64,000 nucleotides of DNA from Balanoglossus misakiensis (lineage: Eukaryota; Animalia; Hemichordata): NCBI GenBank assembly GCA_040954595.2, contig CM082590.2:4154001-4218000 (forward strand). Reading direction: 5' to 3'. Positions within the stretch are counted from its first letter, which is position 1; the number at the start of each line of letters is the position of its first letter. The notes beneath the pieces are model-generated. The model did no database searches. It was not told the origin of the DNA and saw only the letters and a program-made list of their open reading frames with translations. This document shows, piece by piece, positions 34,701-46,400 of the stretch. Made by a program: the position numbers and the translations under genes.

Positions 34701-37700
34701 TTGTGCAAAGGAGTGTCGCCATCCTGTCAAAATGAAGACACAGAGTTTTAATGGCCACATGCAAAATCTGTGTTAATGTATTGGGCTCTCCAGTAGCTGA
34801 TATTTAGATCGGGGTTTGTTGCGGGTCCTGGAAAATGTGGTTGGATGATATTTTCGATGTGATTAGGGAAATGAAGACTAGAACCTGAATGCACAATTCT
34901 GTAATAATATGGAACACATGGAACATAAGTGTTATTGGCAGAGTGGTGGAAATGACCTTCTTTAAATGAAACTAATAATTAATTTACAGATATCCACGGT
35001 CAGCTTCCAGTGGTCACATGGGCCTGAGAGCAAACTTCTAGACAAAGTGTTTAAGAAATGATGGCAACTCAATGATAATTCCGTTACTTTTATCTGAAAT
35101 AAAAAATATTTCATATCGATCGGTAAGAATGTCGCTGTCCAATCTGATGCTTTTCTCGCTTTCAGTCTACATGTCTAGAGGCTACAGATAACATTTTATC
35201 CTCAAATAGCGCTGCCAATGACTAAGGGTGTTGTATTAAGTAGACATAATCAGAAGAAACTCAAATTTTCGCCTCATTGATGCAATGCAAACACATTCCC
35301 TGTGATCCGGTGCTTTCCTCAGTTTCAGTTTTATACGTAAAGTCTCACTGTCGGCTGGCGGATAGTCTTTTATCCTTCAATGCCGCCACCAACGGCAAAA
35401 GGGAGATGCAGTATAAGCAACCAGGATCGGAAGAAACATAATTTGACAATCATCGATCGTAGGTGGCGTAAATGAATGTGCATATGCCCTGTGACAGAGG
35501 CACTTTGCCTGTGATCTAGCATTCGAGAATAGTGAATACCTAAAACATGTCGATTGTGATCCATATATGAATGAGAAACTTTAAAACTGGCTAGGCTTAA
35601 AAACGGTCACCATGTGTAGTAAATGTTGAATCTAGTGAGTTCAGTTCGGTACGTTGTAAACTATTCACTCTGTCATTGAACAACTTGTCAGACATCCATG
35701 ACCCGTGAAGCAAAATGTTCGACTAAATTTTACGATCGCTTTACACTTGAAAACTACGGCTGTAGAATACATCGCATCCTTCTTAAACATCACTAAGGTC
35801 TGTGTCATATGTCATGTGCAGAATTCATGACATTCTGTTAATGTGCAATATTTACTAGTACCGGTACTCTAAAATCTTGAAACAGTTGTCGTGTCCAAAA
35901 TGTACAAGTTGGACCTCGATACTTATTACAGCAAACTGTCTTTTAATCAATGTGCTTTACTCAGTCTGCGACAACTACAACAAATATAAGTTTTTTTAAT
36001 CTGACAAGTTCGAAATTTCCAGCAGAATGAAAGAACCCGAAGTTGATACAAGTGCATTTGGACATTTTTGAGTGATCTGCGTGGGTATTTATCGTTTTTA
36101 TTCTAGCAATACCCTTGTAGCAATAAAATATTTGACGACAATGTGGCGATCAAAATCGCAAAGGTTTTCGTTTTATACATAAGTATGCCCTGACATGATA
36201 GGACTCTGTGGAGATATATATGGCGAGTGTTTTGTTTTCAGATCTAATATCACTTGATATTAGATTAAAGCAACAATGTCAGCATACCTACTTGGCAGCC
36301 ACAATTAACGTTATCGAGCCAAACACACCACTAATCATAATCTCTGCAGTTCTCCCCTTTTACTCCTGTGTTGGGAGAAGCAACTAGAAGGAAATCTCCT
36401 TGCTCAAGAACACGAACACAACTACTGTGGAAAGGTTTGGACCCGTGATTCTGTGATTGGAGAGCCCAATCTTAAGCTGCAGTGGGTCCTCTACCATTAG
36501 GGAAGTCACTAACATGAGCAATATTGTGTTTAACATCTGTGTCGTTATCAAAGTAGGAAGGAATTTCGTTTCGTTCACGTGTTATGGAGGTGTCTGCTTT
36601 AACATGGATGGTGTTGTCCCTGGAATAGGATTTTGATGACTCTGAAACAATGTCAGCGTACTTACGTCGAATATCATTAAGGCTAATAAAAACAACAACA
36701 GCATTCGTGATAAATTTCGTCCAGCACACTATACAGTTCTTCATATTCCACATTCTAAACGAATTTTGACAATTTTTTTACAGAGAAGGAAACATGAGGA
36801 AAGAAGCAAGTGCGGTTCATCAGTTATTGTGCCGTAAAATTAACCCAGCTCCAGGCTTTGAGTCTATTGACACCATTTTGTTATGACCATGCAGTAATGT
36901 CAAAGTCATTGTAAAGTTTTACAAAGTTTGCATAACGAGGAAATCCTAGAATAACACTGCCCGACCATTGATAACCGATTCCACAGCTTCAGTAGGATTC
37001 AATAATGCATCATGTAAAGGTTCCTGTTCTCAAGACGTTGAAATTTGCTTTAGACACAATTTTGGGTTCAGTTTCCGGTTCAAGAAAGTAAATTTTATCA
37101 ATTTTAACTCTATAAACAGTCATTAGATTAATGGAATAATATTAAATATGCCCCACCGACAAATACTTGGAGCATTTTACAAATGTCTCTTGTCAAAAGC
37201 CACCGATCTTACCGATTTATGAAAACAAACCACGGTAATAAAATGACCATTCCCCACATGTACACGTGGTTTGGATTTTTAAAGCTACAATGTTGTCTAC
37301 AACTTCACTGCCATTGAATGAAAACAAAACAAGAACCAATGTTATGAAATTTAATTCTGACACCGTGATTAGGTTAATAGAAAAATATTAAATAGGCCAA
37401 AAGTTACCGAATTACCCATTTATGAAAAAAACACGGCAATAAAATGACAAAACCCTGCTGGTATATACTGTACACGTGGTTTGGATGTTTAAAGCTATAT
37501 TGTCACCAACTTAAACGCTATTAAATAGATACAAGACAAAAATCATTTCCACACAGTCAGCCAGTATGTTGGGGAGTCAGAATAATCTTATGTACTTTCA
37601 CGACCAATGACCATCCACCTGATGTACCCGACAACATCAACGGAAAACGGGGTGATAAACGTTGGAATTTCGCGAATGTACGTGAATATTTCCAGAAAGA

Positions 37701-40426
37701 GAAAAAATTCTTGCCTACGTGCTAAACTTAAACAGGAAGAGTCAGGTATGTCCACAATGCCAATTAAAACGTCGCCCCGGACCGCCATATTTCAAGCAAA
37801 TTTCGGGTAAAATCCTCAAGATATCAAATCCTTCGTCAGAAGAGAGAAAAGGGGCTTGAGCTGAATACTACAGCTAAGGACCAAACTACCCAGACAGTTC
37901 CACTGTGGTCACAGTTTCCAGTAATGACAAAAAATCACCAAACGAAATTAGTAATGTTTCCACTCTCCCCAGAAATTCTCGGCCAGCGACTGTATAGACA
38001 GGAGAATAAAGCAAACGTGACGGGTAGCCCCACGCTTCACTGTGTAAACCGCACCAGGGATCTACCTCACCGTTTACAGAAAGTGCTCGCGATGCAAACT
38101 TATCACAACAATGAACCGCTGCTGCTTCACCCTAAACTTACGCGATTCTCAAATTACTTCCTCGTCAATATCGTCAAAATCAAAACACATCGTTTTGTTA
38201 TCAGACTATTTAGGCATATTTTTCAAAATAACTTCAACGGGTGCAGGTGGGAAGAATGCAAATTGAACATACGATCCGACCCCAATAAATTGTGATTCTA
38301 ATCAACAAACGTTTCTGCGACACACACAGACAACACACGCACGTATAATATAATAACACACACAATACCCTCAAACTAAAACTTGTCCCCAAAGTAAAGC
38401 CACCAAAAAACTAAATCTTTAACGCTAACATCACCTTGTGCAATGAGGCCGGTTCTAACTTACCTTGTTTTGTATGTTGACAGAGCATTTGGCTTTCAGT
38501 AATAACAGTGCTGCTCCTTCATGACCCCACTCTGCTGCCAGGTGCATAGGTGTGTCACCATCCTGTAAAATACAAAGACATATCTGACATCAACTGTAGT
38601 ACTAATTAATGAATGTGGCATTTTTAGGTCCCATTGGTATGTACCATGGGACCTTATGGGATCGGTTGCGTCTGTATGTATGTATGGATGGATGTATGGA
38701 TGTATGTCTGTATGTCCGTCCACATCAAAAACTTGAAAACCGTTGCGCGTATCACCTCAATATTTGGTGTGTAGATGCAGGCAGGGCTGTAGATGGGAGT
38801 TTGTTCAAATGAAGTTGTCATTGCCAAAAATATGCAAATTAGCTGGGAAAATGTGAAATTGGTCAAAACTCAAAAACTCAACAACCACTGGTCATATTGA
38901 TTTGAAAATTGGTATGCATGTACCTAATGTCAACCTTATACAGTCCTGTATGTTTTGAGCTAATATTATTGATTTCCTATTTTTTATGCATTTTTTTGTA
39001 TTTTACCATGTTATTGGTAAAAAGTCTTCATTTCTAAAAGTGATGGGCTTACTTCTTTTAAATTTAGTATGAAGCTTCCTAATGGTTGTCTGAGTAACCA
39101 TAGTTTTGTTCAAATTGTTGCAAAATTTGCATATTTATAATTTTGAGCAATATTTGCCATTTTTGGTCAATTTTTTTTCTTTAAACGGCATGCCATATTG
39201 CTTTGCAATTTGGTAGTCTTGTTCGTAGGGGTAACCTCAGTTATATGTTGTAAAAAATGTGATATTGGCATAAATGTGTTATCTGGGAAACTTTTGCAAT
39301 TTTTGTCAAAAATTGTTTTCTCTGAAACTGCTTGTCATATCGCATTGAACTTTGGCAGGCATGTTCCTTGTAGTGATTGATGTAAGATATTGTACAATTT
39401 TGGTGATATTTGCATATTTGTGTTTTGGCCACTTTTGAATAAATATTTTCAGTAAAACTGCTTGATGGATTGCTTTGAATTAGTTTTTTCTCTGATTGCT
39501 TTGAAATTAAGGATGTAATTTCATAACACATGCATGTATATGTGCAACTTTTTTTCAATTCTGATATCAGAAATATTCAATATTTAGCGAGTTTTTTTGT
39601 AAGTTTCTTTGTTTTTTGTTAGCAAATCTTCTCCTAAACCAATTGTCCAGTTGTTTTTAAAGTTACTATTTACAAGGAGTTGTTACCCCGAACTAAAACA
39701 TGTTTACATAACTTTAATAGGCCAGCTGTTACAGAGACCACCAGCTATTAAATTTTTAATTACCAGTGGCAAGTCAGTGTGTGTCTGTCTGTCTGTCTGT
39801 TCCAAGGCTGACTGAAAGAAGTTGTTTCTCATATGAGTTTGTACAGACAATTTTTGGTCATTTTTTTCTAGCATCACTTGTAAGACTGCCATGACACATG
39901 ACAGTTTATTTGGCATGTTCCTTGTTAATTTTTTTTACATTCCATATTTATATATGGTAAGATCATATGTGCTTGCAATGTCACCTGTAATTTTTATTCT
40001 GGTGTGTCACTGTTTCCGCATAATCCTCAAATGGGTCCACAGTGTCCTTGACGCTATTTTTTATGTATCGTAATCAGTCGACCGTATTGGACCGTAAGAT
40101 AAATCTTAGGATTTTAGCCTTCCCGAACGAAAGTTTCTTTAATGTCAAAGTCGAATATCTCATGTCCCTTAACGAAAATATTTCAGTGCCTATGATGGCA
40201 AATTTCAATCGATCGGTCATTATGGGATGTTTTTACAGGATCTTGCAGGTGACCGGCGAGCCCGGATTTTGCCTGGAGCAGGGCATCTCGATTCCACCCT
40301 TCTCTCTATTGTTCTCAGGAGTGACGCTGGGCGACCATACGACGTTGGGCGATCTCTTTTACAGTTATTTACAACATCGACAAACAAAAGCAAGGAATGC
40401 TTTATTGTTTTTAAAATCATCATTGT

Positions 40427-40457
<31 letters not shown>

Positions 40458-43400
40458 ACAACAACAATAACAACAAACAAACAAACACTGTTCACTGTAA
40501 GTTTACAACGATGCATGTGCAGATGTGACATGACTGCGACCGCCATGCAACCACTGCTAACTATTACGCATGCGCGAGTGGCATTGCGGCTGCATACTCA
40601 AATCCCTCTATTTTGAGATATTCTGAACTGATATCTGGTGTCAATTCAAATACGCGAAATCGAACACTATAAGAGGTTGTTAAACGAAGTGAAATATGGG
40701 ATAGACTTCAAGAGTACCACTGCTTTAACCCACCGACTGTACTGCTCAGATCCATCTGCACTGACCCAATTATCAGAAATTTGCACTTAGTTTAATTCCA
40801 CTTTCGAATTTTTTTTTAAATGCATGCTGACCTGTCAACTTTCAACACTTGACCATAGAGACGGCCCCATATATGACAATTTTTATGTGATAACAATAAG
40901 GAAGTAAACATTACTCTTGATCCTCTTATTTGATTGAAAATGTCTTAATAGTGGTGAAGAGTCTGAAATGCTATCTCATGATTTTTTGTGTGAGAAACTA
41001 TGAGTATGATCGATTGTCCGGAAACTGCACATTTTAGGCGATTTTCAAATGTGAATTCGTAAGATAAAACTCCAAATAGAAAACACGCAGTTATAATCAC
41101 ATGACTAATCCTGCGTTTGTATTGACTAGAAACCTGCAGTAGTCTGTGAGCAGCATTTTATCCAGAGTAGGTTTTTTGAACTTTTTTGATTCCATTCAAG
41201 TTCCGGGGCTGTGAAGAAGCTTGACTCCAACATTAGAACGCCAGTCCTACCAAAATCATTTACTAAATGTGACTTTACAAGCAATTACAAGGATTTGCGG
41301 TGATGTTCTGTCTTTGACCAAGTGTTTTGATCAAGGATATAACACCACCACCATGTCTGGACTTGATAGATACATACCGTCAACTCTCTTATTGCATGAT
41401 CCAAAGGGGTTTGACCAGTCTAAAATATATGAAGCCATATAACAGTGTTTATCGCTTGTTGTTTCTTGTTTGTCAGACCTACAGAAACATTTATCTGGAC
41501 AGCTTGAAGTTGGTCAGTATGCAAGAGATTACCTTTAATTTTATAATAGAAGAGGTATGAATAGAAGGCACAAAAACAAACAGTCCTTATGAATTATAAG
41601 CACTGTTCGTTATAAACAAGTTTAGCACTTGCAAAAGCTCGCAAATATTGTCTGTGAATGAATGCATTGGCAAGTAGACCACGAGAGCGACCAACATAAT
41701 GCCATGTTGCTTCTTGTCACAGTCTGGTTTATGTTTGTTAAAGCTGTAATAAAAGGATCATTCCCCACTAGCCAAAACTGTACACGTGGTTTGGATGTCT
41801 ACAGCCATGTTGTCTACAACTTCACCGCCATTGAATGAAAACAAAACAAGTATAATTTCCACAAAGTCAGCCAGCATGTTGGGGAGCCAGAATAATTATT
41901 AACTTTCACGGCAGATAACCATCCACCTGAGGTACCCGATAATATCAACCGAAAACTGGGTGATAAACGTTGGAATTTTGCGGATGTACGCGAAAAATTC
42001 AGGAATGACAGAACATTCTTGCCTATGTGCGAAACTTAAACATAAAGCGTCAGTTGTGTCCACAATGCAAATTAAAAAGTCCCCCGGACTGCCATATTTT
42101 TGTAAGTGAAGTAATGCAGTTTTCATCAAGACTTATTTGTTTTCTATCTTTAGGATTATGATCAACGAACAACTAGTGCGGTCGAACTGTATTTGGCAAA
42201 GTTTCAGGGTAACAATTTAATCGCCGTGATTATTTCAAAGAGTTTAGTTAAAACCTGAGTGACGGGTATTGTACGGGCATTGCACATGTAGGGTCATGTT
42301 TGGATTGACAATGCCATAGGTGCTAATTTGTGTCCGTCTTCGGGACTATAGGCAACGAACAACCAATAAGTCTGAAACACAATATCTCGAATATGAGAGT
42401 GAGCGAAATTATTTTAAGAAGTAAAGTTCTCCTGTGTTTAAATTAATCAAGTCTTTGATACTTCAAGGGGGAGTTGACCCTTTCCTGAGTCTGTCTTGAT
42501 CATGGCAACCTGATACAAAATCTTGTGTGTATCTATAAGGGCATTTCATAAGCTTGCCTTTATCTATCGCTACAAGTCGTACATTAATGTTTAAAAGCAT
42601 AGCAAATCTAGAATGTTTTCACCGTTCTTCTAAAGTTTTCTATCGCAGTATCTTCAGACAATCAACGGGGAGCTTGAGTGCGAGGTGAGGGCGGACTTTA
42701 TCTAAACCATAAATCATGGCAAAAATTCTAGCCCAATGAAAGGTGTCTTTGGTGAAACCCTCAATAACTGAATTGCATTGCATAGATTAAGTGGGATTCT
42801 CCCTATGTTAGGATTGGAATATGTGACACTTTCTCTTGAATTGTTTGTAAAAAATAAGCCCTTGTCCGTCTCAACCTTGCCATAACATCTTAAAGCTCCT
42901 TATTTTTTTCTTGTGCTTTTTCGGTTATCTTCTTAATTGGTGAAATGCAGTTCAGGTCTGGTTAACATAGATTTATTGATATTAAAGAGCAGGTATTGCA
43001 AGAAAGCAGAACTGAATGGTGAAGGTTTGTGGGTTGAATCATTTATATTTGCCAATTTTGTACGAACGCTTTTACAAGACTTAGTTGTGACGTGTACCAG
43101 CCTTTGTCAAATGTGTTTCACAATCACGACCGCCTGGTGGCACCGTGACCATAAGTTGCCTGTGCGAAATAAGTGATAGACGCCCTTCTCGTCTGAGGCC
43201 ATATTTATTAAATCGGGCATGGAGTAATGAGCGGATGTTTTCTCCGTATCCGGAGGTCTGGTCATGGTTGCGTTGTGATCATTCGCTCCACGCGTTCGAG
43301 TTTTTCCAGCATTTTGGTTTTCTCTATGTTCAGTGTCGCCATTTCCTGTTCCGGTGATACACTGGAATTCCGCGTTTTCCTTGATTTGTCGATAGTTTGG

Positions 43401-46400
43401 TTCGAGATTTGATTTTTCTCTGCTGGGGAGGGGGGTTCTCTCGGAGTAGGGTGTCAGAAGTGCCCGATCGAGTAGTTACTTTTGTGCCCGGAAGGGGTGC
43501 CACCGTTTTGATTTTGAAAAGAAAACAACTTGCCTGTATCACATGTAGAACGTAAACTTGTAAAGTGCGCACATTTGTACGCATCTGTTCCTTCCCAGGA
43601 AATCTTTGAGATTTGCTAAAATACTCACTTCTACTATTGCCTTTTCATGAGATTATACACATGCCGTATATACATTATAATATTCAATGTTTAAAATAAT
43701 ATATAATTAAACAATAGACATTTATATTTACAATAATATAAATCTGCTGATCTTGATCTCACATTCAACAAAAACAAACAACACTTCCTGCTCTGAATGA
43801 TTGATTTCTTTTTTTAATCGTGTGTAAACACTGCATAATTTTACAAGACAGGCTTGTAAAGTCTGGATCGTTGGGAACATGGCAGAGGGATAGACGTTAA
43901 CTATTTATTTTTAATTACCTATGTTCAAAAATGTGTGTTATTAATAATAAAACGTGTCAACTGATGTGTGAGTGCAGAATAGAATGAGTGTCATTACAGT
44001 AACTTACATAATCCTGCACATCGATGCTGGCATTGGATTGCAGTAGAAGTCTCAACACGTCACCATGGCCATGGTCTGCTGCACTGTGTAACGGAGCCCA
44101 ACCATTCTGTGGGAATACAACAAAAATGTGTCACTGAAAATCCCTGACGATAAGAGTATAATGGAACACGCAATGTTTCATTAACGATGCACTGTTACAC
44201 ACATTCCGAACATTCATCTGTGAAATGGCACAACATGTTTTGCCGAAACATTTTTTATTTTTATTTTTTTATTTTTTTATTTTTTTTTTTTGGGGGGGGA
44301 TAAATTAATAGTAGGATACATCCCAGTCCCCCACGTAATGGACATGAATGCATGATGTGGTGATAGGGCAGTGTCCTATGAGGGTACATTAACACCACAG
44401 GTATTCTTTTACTTGAGATTTATGATACGCGCGTGTGTTGTTTTCATTTGAAGATGCCCTCAGTACAATACCTCAAACTGACAATGATCTAAATATTACA
44501 AAAGCCTAGACAGCAAGGTAAGACATTGCGGAACCACTATTGGCATTTAAATGATTATGGTGGACTTCTGCCAGACAACATGTTTTAGTCTCGCTAGCCA
44601 GACCTCTCTCTGTGTCATTCGATGGCATAGCCACACGAAGTGCGCCACGAGCGGTGAAGCCACAAGAATCGAGCATCGGAGACAGTGACACCACTTGCGG
44701 CGCACTTCGTGTGCATGTGCGCGGCGTCGACGGATAGCGAGGTTTGGCCAATGAGAATGCCGTTTCTTTAGAGTCAGTTTCATAACGGTAACTGCATGAT
44801 GACGGTTTAAGAAAGAATCCCACTTTATAGATTTTCGGTTGAAAAGCTAGTCATTTTGGGATTTTTCTGTTGAAAATGACCCTTCTGGGTGGCACATACC
44901 CGTACACATTCCTATGGGAATACCCCCCCCCCCCAGGCCTGTTGTGCAGGATACATGGCACCCCTACAATTTAGCATTATTTATTTTCGACGCTTTATTT
45001 CGCTTCGCCGTTGTTACTGACAGCTATTACACCCTTATCCCAACCTCTCGTATTACTCGACGTTTTAATAAAATATTTCTATATAGTTGTATGATATTCA
45101 AAAGGGAATTGGTTGGTCTCAAAAGAGATAAGAATTTAACTTGGCCACAGGTATAGCCACGGTCCAAAAACTCTCCCTCAAACTCTTTCATACTCTTCAT
45201 AATCCTATTTATGTGTGTCGGTTTATTGCAGTAACACTAGTTTCGTGATTTACATCCCGAAGGTCGTCAACACTACAGAATATAAGTACAGTGTCACCTT
45301 TTCGGCCGTTTGGGCTATTGGTGAGTGAGCATGTAAAGCCACTTACCTCTTTCTTAGCATTGACGTTAGCTCCGTGGTCGATCAACACTTGTGCCGCTTC
45401 CAGTTTATTTTCCCTGACTGCTGCATGCAATGCTGTGTAACTAGACTGAAATTGACAAATTCATTTGAATTAAAATGAACACAAATGACAAGGTATGTTG
45501 CAATGTTGGACTTGTAAGGTGACATGGCTATAATTTCACTGGAATCGATATGTAACTGCAAGTGTTGACTGTGTTGAGTTAAATGTGTGTAGCATCCAGA
45601 GTTGTTTCAGACCAAAACACTATTGTTTCAGAGAACATTTATAACGTATCCTATAGATTTTTCTAACAAGTGTAACACTATAAAATTCTAATATAATGTA
45701 GCGCACTATACATGTTTATGCACGCTCATCGGCCACACAGGTCTTCATATCATTTCATAAATTACATTGATATGTTCAAATTTTCAATCACACCAAGTAC
45801 TCTAACAGATATATATGGCGGACGTGATACACCCGACACATACAACCCCTCGTGTTTCTCTGTTGATGCAAGTTTAGGCCAAGCCCTCTATGAATGCAAC
45901 ATTGGTACGGGACATCAATGAAATATTGATTGTTGCTAGGAAACAGCAGAAAAATAATTGTGGAAATCAGACTGGACATTTCTCTCGAATTTGTCTTTTT
46001 TAAACGTACACATGTTAGTATCCATTGAATAGAACCGAATTCTCTTTCTAGGGTTTATGCAATTTAAAACTCTAAATATTTAGGTTCACTGGATGAGTAA
46101 ATTAAATTAAGAAACAATCACTAAATATGTAAAAATATCACATGTTGGACTTATACACATATTATATTTTATGTATTAAATCCTAAGTAAATCGTTTTTA
46201 TGACGTATCTCTCATAAGTGACGACTTTTCTCCAAATTTAAGGTTTTGATCAGATGGATTGCCTCACACTAACTCGCAATTAAAAATATGTTTTGCGAAA
46301 AAAATAGAATATCAAAGTTACAACTGAATCGGCAAAATCTTCTCAAATATTGACATTTCAAAACCAATTAAAGTACTAAAGTGGGAGTATTCATAAATTT

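Larger units (their letters stand above)
32440..34995 (-). repeat. Tandem array of exon+intron units carrying 7 ankyrin exons
   Basis: Exon starts at 32681, 33012, 33343, 33674, 34006, 34392 and 34723 (spacings 331, 331, 331, 332, 386, 331), with a 717-bp higher-order duplication. Introns are nearly identical between units. Confidence 0.95.

Noticed and set aside
35950-37080. Possible decayed Cys-rich receptor gene with a transmembrane segment on the minus strand
   Set aside because: Only scattered Cys and hydrophobic patches across frames with many stops. It cannot be supported without a translated search.
42395-43560. Possible LTR/PBS-containing retroelement fragment (TGGTGGCACCGTGAC at about 43135)
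   Set aside because: I could not find paired termini, a TSD or coding remnants.
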